From the NCBI RefSeq assembly GCF_044704955.1, contig NC_091986.1:166408001-166472000 (forward strand): a stretch of DNA of 64,000 nucleotides, given 5' to 3'. Below are positions 1 through 13,577 of this stretch, in pieces. The notes below the pieces were generated by a model that worked only from the letters and a program-made list of their open reading frames with translations, had not been told where the DNA came from and ran no database searches. The translations under genes and the position numbers were made by a program. The stretch is from Pristiophorus japonicus. Lineage: Eukaryota. Numbering within the stretch: the first letter of the stretch is position 1; every line of letters starts with the position of its first letter.

Positions 1-510
1 GTTACTTTCCGCACGGAATTAACGCCGAGATTCAATATTAACGCCCGTCCACTGTTTTTTGTCGTAAAGAGCATATTTAACCAAACTAGTGGCCATGGAG
101 ATCGCTCATCGTCAATTTCACCACCTCGCACACATATCGCCCACAATATCGCTTGCTCAAAGAACCGCCCACAAAAAGTGGAACTAACCGGGATGAATCA
201 CAGCATTATGGACACCATGTTGTAGATCACATGTCGCGCCCTTTAAAAGGCTGCTGTGCTTCAACCTTGGCGGAGTTCGGATGTACTCGACAGGTCATTG
301 GAGTTGATGTGAACATCTCTAAAAACATCTTGACCACACTGTGACCGACTGGAATTGAAGAGGTGTGTTCGTCGGGACATTCCTTGTTTGTGAGCAATCG
401 GTGGAAAACAGAGAGCTACTGCAATGGGACCTGTCCTTTCTCACCCTCTCTTGGTGACCAAATACATGCAGCAGACTTAACATCGCTGAAGGAACGCGCC
501 ACTGCATTAT

Positions 511-1607
511 GTGCCCAATGTACGAAGTGACAGACAGATGAAGAGGAACAGACATTACACCCCCCGCAAGTACAAGGAGAAGCATTCTTACTTCGACTTG
601 CCTGACATCACCTGCCTTCGGAGACTGCGCTTCCACAAAGAAGTAATCACTGAGGGCAGATCTGCAGCCTGCCAGCACCATCAGAACTGTCGAGGTCAAA
701 GTCACCACAGCACTGTCGTTCTACGGTTCGGGTTCTTTTCAGGCAATAGCTGACGACATTTGCGGACTTTCTCAGCATGCCACACATCGCTGCATTAGAC
801 AAGTCACTGAAGCCCTGTACGCACGCAGGAGGGACTTGATCAACTTCCTTATAACCAGGGAGGCAGAGTGAGAGAGCTCTAGGATTCTCCAGAATTGCAA
901 ACTTCCCCAAGGTGCAGGGAGCAATAGACTGTGCGCACATCGCGCTGCGAGCACCTTTTCAGGATGCTGAGGTTTTCAGGAACCGCAAGGGATTCCACTC
1001 CCTGAATGTCCAACTGGTTGTCGACCACCAGCAAATTATACTGGCAGTGAATGCTCAATTTCCGGGCAGCATCCATGATGCTTACATCCTGCGTGAGAGC
1101 ACTGTATCTGACTTGTTTAACAATGAGCCACAAGGTCAATGCTGGAGGCTTGGGGACAAAGGATATGGCCTTGCCACCTGGGTGATGATCCCACTGCGTG
1201 ACACCCACACCGAGGCCGAGAGGCGATACAACGAGAGCCACAGAGCAACTCGCAATATCGTGGAGAAAACCATCGGAGTGTTGAAGCAGTGCTTTAGATG
1301 CCTGGACCACTCAGGAGGCAAGCTCCAATACCACTCTAAGCAGGTAGCTCAATTCATGGTGGTGTGCTCCATGCTACACAACTTGGCTATCAAGAGGGGA
1401 CAAGAATTGCCTGATGAGTCTGACAGTCCACCTCACCAGAGAGAGGAAGAGGAGGACAAGGAAGCGGACGCTGACATCGGGCCAGACAATCAGGCTGACA
1501 CTGAAGCCATGCCCCCGTCTCCCTGTAGACCGCATGAAAGGGCCCAGGGTGGCATGATAGCTGCAAGAGCCTTGCGTCAGGAGCTCATCAATGATCGTTT
1601 TGCCTGA
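511..1607 (+). pseudogene. Harbinger DDE transposase (HARBI1-like), frameshifted
   Basis: RRLRFHKE N-terminal motif (511-753); ORF 912-1607 has AIDCAH, PGSIHDAYIL, LGDKGY, VEKTIGVLKQCFRCL; frames are broken between the two parts. Confidence 0.88.
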
Positions 1608-1810
1608 AAGAACGTTGGTGTTATTTACAAGGCTGACACACTGCTGGGTGTGCAGGTCATACATCAATGGTGGGCATCATCTTGGTGACAGTCATTATAC
1701 GCTTTGATGTTAAGGAATCACCAGCATGTAATGGTGCAGCTATCTGAGCTAATGTGCTATAAGGTTTTGTTAAATAAAAAACATTTAAACCGAACATTAG
1801 TCTGAAATCA

Positions 1811-2419
1811 TCAGTATTTGTGTACAAACCAACCCTTCCACCCCCCCGCCACCCCGCTTCTCCTCCCACCTCTACCCCTTCCCCTTCTCCTCCTGACTGC
1901 AAGCTGCCTGGCCAAGGAGGTCCTCAGGCGATGCTTCATTGGGCGGCGGGGGGGGGGGGGAGGGGGCGCTGACGGCCGAAGCGCTGCTTGGACGGATACG
2001 GGAGAGGATGGTCCCAAGGTGGGAACGTGTTCCAAGCCATAAGCAAGATGTTGCTGCTGGCTCTCATGTGTGGTTGGCAATGGGAGTGCATCATCTTGAA
2101 GTGCAGTGCGGCGCTCTGGGACCACTGGGAGCCCTCTGTCACCAGTGTTCCTGGCTACCAGCTCCAGGGCCTCCTCCATCCCTTCCATGTTATTTCTTAT
2201 TTGTTGGACAAAAACTCGGTGCCAACTATGTTCCTGGTGCTTGGAGGCTTTTTGCTGCTGGTGAATCTCCGTCGTTCCTCCCACAACAGCCAAACAAGCA
2301 CACACCACAGCCACACACGCTTTCAGTCCCTCTGCGCTCCCTTTCTCTCTGTTTCCTCTTCTGCGCATGTCATGATGACCCTTGAGCTCCTGAATTGCTG
2401 TTGCTAAGAACAGCCACAC
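1811..2419 (-). pseudogene. Remnant of Harbinger second gene (C-terminal part; no Myb domain visible)
   Basis: Convergent with the nuclease; Pro-rich and RRRRGRGRGGRR tail like the ORF2 tail at 21536-21840. Confidence 0.5.
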
Positions 2420-2814
2420 TTTACGGCAAAAGGTCAGAAAAGTTTAATGCTACCGCCCATTTGCTATCACTCGCGATAACACCCATTTTCAAAAATGTAA
2501 ACTAGGTGTTTTGAGAATGGGCGAGAAGCCGGCGATCTAAAACCCCTTTTTTCCCACGCCAGAAATAATGCCCATTTTTGGGCGATAAGCACATAAGTGG
2601 AGGTTCTAGCCCATAAGGAGGTAAATGTTTTCCCCACAAACAAAATGTTGTTTCCATTTGTTTCAGGTGTGCTGAAATTATATAGAAATTGTTTAAGTGT
2701 CTGGTATGTAATCAGCATTTTAAGTAGTTTATATTGCAGTTTATACCAAGCTCATGGTTATTTCGATGAATAGGATTATGTCTACTGCGAAGCCTTTCAC
2801 TTATATCAAACAGC

Positions 2815-3130
2815 AACAATAGTGGAAAGGAAGGACCTATTTCCCTTAGCAGAGGGGACAGTAACCAGGAGGCATAGATTGAAAGTTATTGGTAGGAGGT
2901 TTAGAGGGGATTTGAGGAGAAATGTTTTCACCCAGAGGGTGGTGGGAGTCTGGAACTCACTGCCTAAAAGGGTGGTAGAGGCAGAAACCCTCATAGCATT
3001 TAGAAAGTGCTTGGATATGCACTTGAAGTGCTATAACCGACAAGGCTACAGATGAAGAGCTGGAAAGTGGGATTAGGCTGGAAAGCTCTTTGTCGGCCAG
3101 CACAGAAATGCCTGCTCTGTGCAGTAAATT
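2815..3130 (+). mobile_element. CR1 LINE 3' fragment
   Basis: TRRHRLK...RRNVFTQRVVGVWNSLP C-terminal ORF2 motif plus 3' UTR. Confidence 0.85.
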
Positions 3131-6077
3131 TCAAAGATTCTAGGATGAAAAGTCAGGGCGTTTGTGGTTTCAATATGTAGGCAAAAATTAAAAAACAACG
3201 AATGCCATATTACCTCCTCAAAGAGTCTTAAAAATTTGAGAAGTGTGATTTTATTAATTGGTTTATCCTTTATTTGTTTTAACATTATTATTTATAGATA
3301 TTGTAGCAATTAGTCTAAGCCCAGTTTATATTTTATTACACCTAGAATAATTGCTACTTTCACCAAAGCAAGTGTTTGTGCAAATCATGTGAGGAAAACT
3401 CATAACAATGTTGAAAAGGTTCTGAAAACATTCTGTGATGTTCTTTTACAGAATTTAACCCACATATATGGCCCATTCATGTGAAAATACTCGTACCCAA
3501 CTGTCATATTTGTACAGTAATGGTCAAAATAAAAAATGAGCTTAGCTGTATAATTGGCTTTGGGAAGACACTCCTACTGTCAATATTTGCAAAGGGGTTA
3601 AATCTTACCCCCTTTATTTTGACACAAGCTTCATTAAAGGGTCACTGCTTGAAAATACATTGCAGTTTATCAACTTGTCTGTCACCAAGCGACCATCAGG
3701 AGCCTACCCTGTGGTGACCTACACCCGACTATGTTTAATCACAAAAAAGTAGTCTCAAAGAAGGCTGAGAAAAACACAGAAATGTGGGAGCCACATAAAA
3801 TAAACTGCAATATTAGTTCCCCTTTTTAAATAACTTCCATGGGTATATTAACCCTTCACTACTCAGTAAATGTTTTTAGCGTACACTCAAATAATACAAT
3901 AGTCCTCTCAAAATGAAAATGGTAGGGAATATTAGTGCAGCAACATAAAAACCATGTGTCCACACGATTTGAGGGGGTGGCTGATTGTGATGGTGGACAG
4001 CTAGCTCTGGAATTATATTTAATATTACTTAATATTCAATATTATTTCATTGTAAATAAGTTCAGAGTGGTAGCAAATGTTACAATTGAACACATATATA
4101 TTCTTCTAGTGGATTATTCTTTGGAACAAAATCCATCTTGAATCAAATCATAATGCAAAACAATTCTCTTTATATCTATCTTGTCTAAAATACATTGTGC
4201 ATAGTAAACCGATACCATAAAAAACAATTGCACAATCAGTAATTTCCCTACCCAGATTCCTAGAAACATTGGATAAATGCTTATTACTGATTTATCTGTC
4301 TGATTTTTAACAGACATGCATTATTTAGCAGTGAATCATTTCTAACACATTCACTTAAGTCTACTATGTGTCACTGTAAGTAAAAGTTGTCTTTCAAATC
4401 TACAGAACAGTCTCTATCTTATCAAAATCTGTAATTTACTTTTGTGACCCACATTGATTATGACTAGAAATATGTGCAAAAAAAATGTAAATATCTTATG
4501 AGCAGTACTGACATTATTTGGTACATTTTACTTATTTATTTATACCCTGATATTACATTAATAAGTAAAAACAACCGATTAAGTTACAGAAATGCACTTT
4601 TGTCAAAAATTCACATGGCAAATTTTGCAATTGTATGGCATGTGAGATACTGATGTTTTGTCAATCAATGGATTTTAAATTAAAGTAGTTTTAATAGAAG
4701 ACAAATTTAATTCACTTTAACAAATCATGGTATGTACAGAGCCCCTGACCTTTAAGATCTAAATAGCCATCGGCTTGTAATAAAGTTATCAATCATGCAG
4801 CAATGGTTTTGCACAGTGGTCCTTCTGCATACATTTCAAGCCTCATTAGCCATTTTCTCATGCATTGTCTCCTATATTGTTAAATATAAATCCTTCTGTA
4901 ATCATAAAGGTGAAAAGCCATCAGAGTTCAATTGCTGAAGAAATAAATGGTGGCTACATTGAATCTTAAAATTACATAAATCAGAAGGCACACAGGTGTG
5001 TATTCATTATAGGCTGTGCTACCGAAATATGTTTAAAAAAAGTATTTAGATACATTAGTGTAGCTAGCTCTCTGAGAACCCCTGTAGCTTTAGCTCAAAG
5101 CTGTGCAATGGAGTAAAATAAATCCTTCTAAACTCCAGAGGAGGTATAAAGGAAAGTCCTGAGGTCTGAGACCAGAACAATCACTAGTGAAAAGCAATGA
5201 CATACATTGACATACTAGAAAGGCCCTTTCACCATACTGTGCAGTTTTTGGATGCAGTGACCTCTAATTTAGGATAAATGGAGATCAGTTCCAACAAAAT
5301 GTTGCAGTCCTATTTTCAGCAAAGCAAAAAATAGGACACACAAATTATTAAAGGCTTTCACTCACACCACACTTTAATACAGTATCTAGCATGCAGTAAA
5401 ATGCTGAAAGGAAGATAAACTAAACTCTGGGTACATATTAAGAATGTCAATTTTAAATGAGCTTATTTGTTGTTTAATCAGCATGGAACCAGTTGTTTTA
5501 CTTAATCTGTTTGCCTGGGTCCACTTGGTTACTACAATGGAACTGAGAAAGAGTGAAATTGCATTTAATTGTTGTTGTGACTGTGCTGATCAGTCACTCA
5601 TTAATTTACCAAGATTTCATTCTTGGGCTACTAAACAATACTCCTGCTGAGTGTGTGCTTCGAAATGGGGACTGTGGCTCCACATTTCCTGATTCCAAAG
5701 TAAAGTTTCTTCTTTCCTTTTGCTAAAGATCATTATGGCATTATACATTTTAAACTGAATGGTGGACATGCCACTGTACCAAAGGTGATTCGGAAATTAC
5801 AAACTTACAGCTTTTATTTGAATATTGTCCAGGTCTCCTTTAATCCAGTAATACAACTTAAAAGCTGATAAAGCAAACTTAGCAAAGCCGAACTTTCAAA
5901 TTACCACAGGCAAACCATAGTTTTAGCACGTTGGCAATTTCTATATGAACAATCCCAAGAAGCGATTTAAAATATATGCTTCTGTTGTAGAGGACAATGC
6001 CCCATCGAAAAATGTTAGATATACAAAAAAAATCTAGTTTTCTCTTTCATGTTCTGCACTATTTGCCCTTTCTTAGT

Positions 6078-8846
6078 TACATAAGAACATAAGAAATAGG
6101 AGCAGGAGTAGGCCATTTGGCCCCTCAAGCTTGCTCCGTCATTTAATAAGATCATGGCTGATCTGATCATGGACTCAGCTCCACTTCCCTGCCTGCTCCC
6201 CATAACCCTTTATTGCTCAAAGATTTGTCTATCTCTGCCTTAAATATATTCAGTGACCGAGCCTCCACAGCACTCTGGGGCAGAGAATTCTATAGATTTG
6301 CAACCCTCCGAGAGAAGAAATTCCTCCTCATCTCAGTGTTAAATGGACGGACCCTTATTCTGAGACTATGACCCCTAGTTTTAGTTTCCACTATGAGTGG
6401 AAATATCCTCTCTGCATCCACCTTGTCGAGCCCCCTCATTATCTTATATGTTTCGATAAGATCACCTCTCATTCTTCGGAATTCCAATGAGTATAGGCCC
6501 AACCTACTCAATCTATCTTCATAAGTCAACCCCCTCATCTCTGGAATCAACCTAGTGAACCTTCTCTGAACAGCCTCCAATGCAAGTATATCCTTCCTTA
6601 AATACGGAGACCAAAACTATACGCAATACTCCAAGTGTGTCCTCACCAATACCCTGTACAGTTGTAGCAGGACTTCCCTGCTTTTATACTCTATCCCCCT
6701 TGCAATAAAGCCTAACACTCCATTTGCCTTCCTGTTTACTTGCTGTACCTGCATACTAACTTTTTGTGTTTCATGCACAAGGTCCCCCAGGTCCCTCTGT
6801 AGCATTTTGCTATTTTTTTCCATTTAAATTATAATTTGCTTTTCTATTTTTTTCTGCCAAAGTGGATAACCTCACATTTTCCCACATTATACTCCATCTG
6901 CCAAATGTTCGCCCACTCACTTAACCTGTCTATATCCCTTTGCAGATTTTTTCTGTCCTCCTCACAATTTGCTTTCCCACCCATCTTTGTATCATCAGCA
7001 AATTTGGCTACATTATACTCAGTCCCTTCATCCAAGTCATTAATATAGATTGTAAATAGTTGAGTCCCCTGCACCGATCCCTGCGGCATCCCACTAGTTA
7101 CTATTTGCCAACCGAAAAATGACCCATTTATCCCGACTCTCTGTTTTCTGGTAGTTAGCCAATCCTCTATCCATGCTAATATATTACCCTCAACCCTGTG
7201 AGCTTTTATCTTGTGCACTAACCTTTTATGTGGCACCTTATCGAATGCCTTCTGGAAATCCAAATACACCACATCCACTGGTTCCCCCTTATCCACCCTG
7301 CTCGTTACATCCTCAAAGAACTCCAGCACATTTGTCAAACATGATTTCCCTTTCATAAAACCATGCTGACTCTGCTTGATTGAATTATGCTTTTCCAAAT
7401 GTCCTGCTACTGCTTCCTTAATAATGGACTCCAGCATTTTCCCAACGACAGATGTTAGGCTAACTGTTGTATAGTATCCTGTTTTTTGTCTGCCTCCTTT
7501 TTTAAATAGGGACATTACATTTGCGGTTTTCCAATCCGGTGGGACTGCCCCAGAATCCAGGGAATTTTGGTAGATTACAACCAATGCATCTACTATCTCT
7601 GCAGCCACTTCTTTTAAGAACCTAGGATGTAAGCCATCAGGTCCAGGGGACTTGTCCACCTTTAGTCCCATTATTTTACCGAGTACTACTTCTTTAGTGA
7701 TAATGATTGTATTAAGTTCCTCCCTCCCTATAGCCCCTTCATTATCCACTATAGGGATGTTTTTAGTGTCTTCTACTATGAAGACCGATACAAAATATTT
7801 GTTCAACGTCTCTGCCGTTTCCCTGTTCTCCATTATTAATTCCCCAGTCTCATCCTCTAGGGGACCAACATTTACTTTAGCCACTCTTTTCCTTTTTATG
7901 TACCTGTAGATACTCCTACTATCTGTTTTTATATTTTGTGCTAGTTTACTTTCTTAATCTATCTTTCCACTCTTTATCATTTTTGTAGTCGTTCTTTGCT
8001 GGCTTTTAAAAGTTTCACAATCCTCTGGCCTCCCACTAGTCTTGGCCACATTGTATGCCCTTGTTTTCAATTTGATACCATCCCTTGTTTCCTTAGTTAG
8101 CCACGGATGGTTATCCCTTCTCTCATTGGGATATATTTTTGTTGCGAGTTATGAAGTACCTCCTTAAATGTCTGCCACTGCTCATCAACCGTCCCATACT
8201 TTAATCTATTTTCCCAGTCCACTTTAGCCAACTTTGCCTTCATACCTTTGTAGTCTCCTTTATTTAAGCTTAGGACACTGGTTTGAGATCCAATTTTCTC
8301 ACTCTCCAACTGAATTTGAAATTCAACCATGTTATAGTCATTCATTCCTCGAGGATCCTTTACTAGGAGATCATTTATTAATCCTGTCTCATTACACAAT
8401 GCCAGATCTAAGATAGCCTGCTCCCTGGTTGGTTGCACCATGTATTGTTCAAGGAAACTATCCTGGCTATACTCTATGAACTCTTCCTCAAGGCTACCCT
8501 GGCCAATTTGCTTTGTCCAATCAATATGAAGGTTAAAATTGCCCATGATTATTGCCGTTCCTTTTTTACAAGCCTCCTTTATTTCTTGATTTATACTCCG
8601 TCCAATAGTGTAGCTACTGTTAGGGGACCTATAGACTACACCCACCAGCGACTTTTCCCCTTATTATTCCTTATCTCCACCCAAACTGATTCAACATCTT
8701 GATCTTCTGAGCCAATATCGTTTCTCACTAATGCACTGATCTCATCCTTTATTAACAGTGCTATCCCACCTCCTTTTTCCTTTCTGTCTGTCCTTCCGAA
8801 TTGTCAAATACCCCTGAATATTTAGTTCCCAGTCCTGGTCACCTTG
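6078..8846 (-). mobile_element. CR1 LINE, 5'-truncated (APE+RT remnants)
   Basis: ORFs 8097-8645 (VYRSPN, endonuclease), 6844-7884 (YLDFQKAFDKVPH, KFADDTK), 6290-6580; (TTCTTATG)-type 3' tail near 6080. Confidence 0.93.
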
Positions 8847-10444
8847 GTGTGATATAGTATTATATTGTTACCAGTGCATTGCATGAAATAGCAATGAAAA
8901 TGTATTATTTAATGTAAGGCAGTTGATATTTCTGAAATATAGATGTTCAATTAGTATCCGACCTGCCTTCATTTTTTGGATGCAGTTATACAACCGCTTT
9001 TGCATTCTTGCCCAACAGTTGTTGGAGGAAGCTGTCTCACACAGGCCCTCTTGAGGAGATTATTTCACACTGTCTGGGGTTGAAACCAAGTATAACTCCA
9101 CTGGTTTAAAATGCTCAGGGAGCCCCTTAAATTTCTAAACACTTCAGAAAATCGTATGCAGAATAGTTTTGAGAGTGTATGCACAGAACTCGCTGCTGGT
9201 CGTGAGATCAACTCACACCAAAGCAGCACAAACCAGATTCTGCCAGGCTAGAATGGATTCTATAGCTACTGGTCTCAGACTGATAGCTACACTACAAAAC
9301 GAGCACTCTACGCACACCAAAAATTGTTGAATGCTGCTAGATACTATTATGAGAAATCACTGAGGCACGTCCATCAGTGAACACGATTTATCTCTGGTGT
9401 GGAAAAACACACCTCTGGCCGAGGGGAATGGACACAGGATGGAACGATGGCTTCATCATCCAGTTTCGTTATTGAAGCACTAATGTGTCATGTGCCTGAA
9501 ATTGCATTTTAATGAATGTTGGTTCATTACTGACCCCTGGACTTCGTGCCTATGCTAATCATCATCATACTCTACCCACATATAGAAAACTAAAAGTAAC
9601 ATTCACGCCGCTCCCCGTTTAAATTACCGGCGAATTTGATAACGTTCCATTTATTCTGTTCTTTATTAGTTTGTGGTAATTGATTTAACTCAGTTCTACT
9701 TAGTTATAGTACAATACAAAAAAAGTAAATGTGGATTTAATTGGTATTGGTGCATTTACTATTCTATCCCTGGGCTAAATAAAATCGATCGGGAGGAGGC
9801 GAGGTACTAAATTTAACTCTCTTAATTCTCTATTCGGAGCTGGCTGATCACTATAATAATCTATTGCATTTTACTTACATGAGGGATTAGAACTTTACAT
9901 ATCATTGTTGAATCTTACACATAACTAAAATGTTAATCTACTACTGAATTACAATTAAAACTGATACATAAAAAGCACATTCTAACTACTTTCTGTCTAG
10001 TAGCGCGTGAATCATGATTGCAATTTTTTAGGTGTCCTTTACGTCGGCCTGGCGCGAAAAATATCTGCGTCAATTGATAATCGTTCATTCATTTTGATGT
10101 ATTGTCCAATGGTTGACTACATTGCACCACAGTTAATGCAGAGACCTCGCTCAAAGCAGACTACCCACACCCGCCCCAAGATGAGACTGCGGTCGGTTGA
10201 GCTTAAAACGGCCTTGGGCTGCTTGCGAGTGCGAGCTGTTGAACATCCTCCTGTCTTCGTGCCGACTCTTCACCCCACCCGCAGCGCTGAAAGAACTGCC
10301 ATGTATCCCCCCTCCTGTCCTCGTTGTTTGTGACTCTCCATGCAGAATGTTTGCGTCTTTCAATGTACTAACCATAGACCAAGCAAGAGGTCGCTTGTGC
10401 CCACATCATATTATTTATACACTCTGCGAGGCCAGTTATGTTAC

Positions 10445-10566
10445 AGAGAAATAAAACGAGAAAATGTTGGCAATACACCGAAAGTCAGGCAGCTTCTGTG
10501 GAATATTTCCAGCATTTTCTGTTTTTACATCAGATTTCCAGCATCCGGCGTATTTTGATTTTGATT
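10445..10566. repeat. Palindromic Penelope-like terminal repeat remnant
   Basis: TTTCCAGCATTTTCTGTTTTT...CAGATTTCCAGCATC shared with copies at 42150-42346 and 49090-49255. Confidence 0.55.
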
Positions 10567-11774
10567 TTATGTTACAAAGAAACCTCGGTTTGAGAAACGA
10601 TGTCTAACTGATAAAAATGATTTCTGAAAATAATTTCTACAATTTACCAATTATAAGTATCCTATGGCTCGTGTCAGAAATGAGGTTATTAATTCACCTG
10701 ACACTGATGATCTAATTACTGCAATGTAAGGACACATACTAATAGTGTAAGAACACGCACTAATAACGTATTTCCCATTATATTTACAATCCCACGTTTA
10801 CTACAATAGAAAATAACAGCGACGCGTGCAAGAGAACGTAGAACCCCGCCTTCCGAGAAAGACTGGACAAGAGCGCGTTTTATGCGCAATTTCACAATTT
10901 AGTGCATGCGAATGATAAAACGATCCCGAAGGAAAGCGGAAAGGTGCTGCCGCCCCCCACCGAGACCCCAAATCAACCCACGGCCTTTAAAAGCCAGACT
11001 GCGAATCTGGAGGTGATGCGGGTCGCGAGGTTACAAGTCTACAACCGATTTGAAGCAGCCGTGGGGTACCCACAAGGGAATCCCGGGGACAGCAATCCAG
11101 GGCCGAGTTCCTAACCACGGCACTCGATTTAAATCACTTTCAAAATCACATTTACTGCCCGCTTCGACAGTGTAGCTCCGGCGCAGTTGGGTGCACTTTG
11201 CCAGATCGCGGATACTAGCATGGCCAAATAGCCCAACACAAGGTAAAGACGCGAAAGGCGTCGAGTTTGTCTAGTTTCGCACATCCCCACTGAGGAAAGG
11301 CGCTAGATGGCAAGAATTTCAAACCAAGTATTGCGAAAGGGAGCGCACTGTGGTCCCCACTTGTTTAATTATTATACTTTAACTGTTACTTTCTTCGAAA
11401 CTAATCCTTAACTTTAAAAAATGAGGTACCGTCATAAAAAGTATGCTTTTTCCCGCAGTAGCTCGCTCCTGGTTCCAAAACTGGCCACCAACATTTGGTT
11501 TACTCGACATTTTTAAAGTATTTTGCTACCCACAACATCGAGAGCGCCTTTAGTCCCAGGAATAGCCGGCTCCTGTGAGACAGCCATTCACTGCAATTGT
11601 GGCACTGTTCCTCTGGAGATTAAAAGAGGAATAGTCCCCAGTAATTAGTATAAAGAATTCACCTTTTCAATAAATGAACAGGTGGTTAAAGTCCCGAAGG
11701 ATGAGACAATCGATTTGCAATGCATATTTCACTCAGTTTTTCCAGGATTTGTAAAACATTAAAATATTACTTAC

Positions 11775-11835
11775 GCACTGTAACTATATTTCCAATCTGA
11801 CTACAAAGTATAACTGCTATTAAAACACAAGACAT
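11775..11835 (-). CDS. FLT1: First coding exon (signal peptide MSCVLIAVILCSQIGNIVTV, phase 1), probably FLT1/VEGFR1
   Basis: ATG in caagATG context, 61 nt, hydrophobic peptide, GTAAGT donor at 11769-11774, TATA/CRE promoter upstream. Head-to-head with POMP as FLT1 is in human. No further exon recognised, so identity rests on synteny and exon/promoter architecture. Confidence 0.72.
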
Positions 11836-12184
11836 CTTGAAATGAAACAAGTTCCTTGTGTGCAAATTGAAGGATGAATGATGAACTTTTTCTTGAATGA
11901 AGATGGCTTTCCCCCGAAAGTTATTTATCGCTCCTCTGTATCAGTGCGATGAAGGTCCGTTGTAAAATAGCCACGGTATGATGTCCACTACATGTCCAAT
12001 GCGAACACCCCAGGACTATCCTAAACCTCCGCCCTTCACGTTAGCCCTGGCTTACTAGAGCACGTTTCAGAAATAACTAGATGTTAATAACAAATCTCAG
12101 GTCATAATGTATCCAATGCAGTTGCGGACAAGTTAAGATAGCATAGACTCCGGTAAATCCTACTCCGTGATCAGCATCCTGTGC

Positions 12185-12238
12185 TTTTATACCGTTCCTT
12201 CGGACTCGCCGCGGAAACGTTACACCCCAGTGACGTCG
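12185..12238 (-). promoter_or_regulatory. TATA + ETS-like + CRE core promoter of putative FLT1
   Basis: TATAAAA 12185-12191, GGAA 12195-12198, 7/8 CRE (TGACGTCG) 12231-12238, in a CpG-rich region (about 10000-12700). Confidence 0.75.
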
Positions 12239-13202
12239 CAGGAATCTTGGCAGACTTAGAAAGAGACCACCTTCACAAATGACTGTGTTCCTGCTCGCTC
12301 TTATTTCCTTCTATATATATTGATTGCAGATTAGGCAGAGAGCTTGGAAACTTCACAACTCCTTTAATTGTTCCGAAGAACTGCATTGCTAGTCAGTTAC
12401 ATACAGGACCAGCGACCTTCCTCGGACTGATTACCAACAATATTGCAGTGACATTTTAAACTTCGGCTTTAAATAAGTCACAATAGAATCGTTTCAGAAA
12501 TGCAAAGGCAGCATGATTATTTTACTTGGCCACAATTTTGTAAAACGTGTAAAACGGGACTACTACAATGGATCCAAACTGATAGGGCGGCAGTACTTCA
12601 AATTTTATATCGCGATGTATATCATGCTGTAATTTCGATAGCGATAAGTAATGGACACGTTGTGTTGCGTGTTTCCTCGTGTGTTTGATTTTTCTGTTGG
12701 AAGTCGTGCCATTCTCACGGTTGGCAGGAAGGAACCCACCTTATTTGCGTGTTGAGAAACATTTTAAATTACTCAAATGGGATGGGAGGTGTTTGAGGAA
12801 GTTGCTGCAAATATCGGAGATCTAAACCTCAAGTAATCAAAAGTTGAATCCGATTTGCCACGTATTCTTGCCAAGTGAATACCGCGTTTTTATGTTCATA
12901 AATAGCTTTTAATGCATTCGACTGCTTTTGTTTTGATGCGAACCAAATTAGAAAAGACACCTTTCAACAATTTTTGACATGAAAAGATGAGGCTGTAATT
13001 CTCTAACCAGAACTCACTGAGGTATCATTTACTGAACAGAAGCGCACCCCTAATTTTAGTCTGAAATTGAAAAGTTCCTTGCCTTTGGTGTGGAAACGGG
13101 GGCGGGGGCGTTGTGACAATAAGTCTCCAATACTGGGCTATGTTCGCAGAATTAGAGGCATTGCTTTAAAACTAGGTTTATATGGAGCATGCATTAAAAA
13201 GA

Positions 13203-13577
13203 CGCATTTATATAGCGCCTTTCACGACCACCAGATCTTCCAAAGCGCTTTACAGCCAACGGAGTACTTTTTTTTTGAAGTGTAGTTACTGTTGTAATGT
13301 AGGGAACGTGGCAGCCAATTTATCATGATGTTGATTGAGGGCTAAATATTGGCCAGGATACCTCCCCTGCTCTTCTTCGAAATAATACCATGGGATCTTT
13401 TACATTCCCGAGAGGGTAGACGGGACCTCGTTTAACATCTCATCTGAAGGACGGCACCTCCAACAGTGCAAGATTCCCTCAGTATTGTACTGAAGTGTCA
13501 GCCTAGATTTTGGAGTGGGACTTGAACCCACAACCTTCTGACTCAGAGGCGAGGGTACTACCCACTGAGCCACTGGC
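13203..13577 (-). mobile_element. tRNA-head SINE (Deu-SINE/SacSINE1-like)
   Basis: A box TGGCTCAGTGG (13562-13572), B box GGTTCAAGTCC (13518-13528), L2-like tail ...AAAGGCGCTATATAAATGC. Confidence 0.8.

Larger units (their letters stand above)
1..2612 (+). mobile_element. PIF/Harbinger DNA transposon, left end outside window
   Basis: HARBI1-type nuclease on +, convergent basic/Pro-rich ORF remnant on -, and a terminal sequence ending ...GGTTCTAGCCC at 2612 (probable right TIR; partner not in window). Confidence 0.8.

Noticed and set aside
912-1607. Domesticated HARBI1 host gene
   Set aside because: The N-terminus is frameshifted and the ORF is embedded in a transposon with a terminal repeat and convergent ORF2.
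2613-11768. FLT1 exon 2
   Set aside because: No minus-strand segment with splice sites and Ig-like coding was recognised; it probably lies left of the window.
12545-12864. Hypoxia-response elements (RCGTG) upstream of FLT1
   Set aside because: These 5-mers are expected by chance in a CpG-rich region; unsupported without alignment.
13510-13577. tRNA gene
   Set aside because: The A/B boxes are the head of a SINE with body and tail attached.
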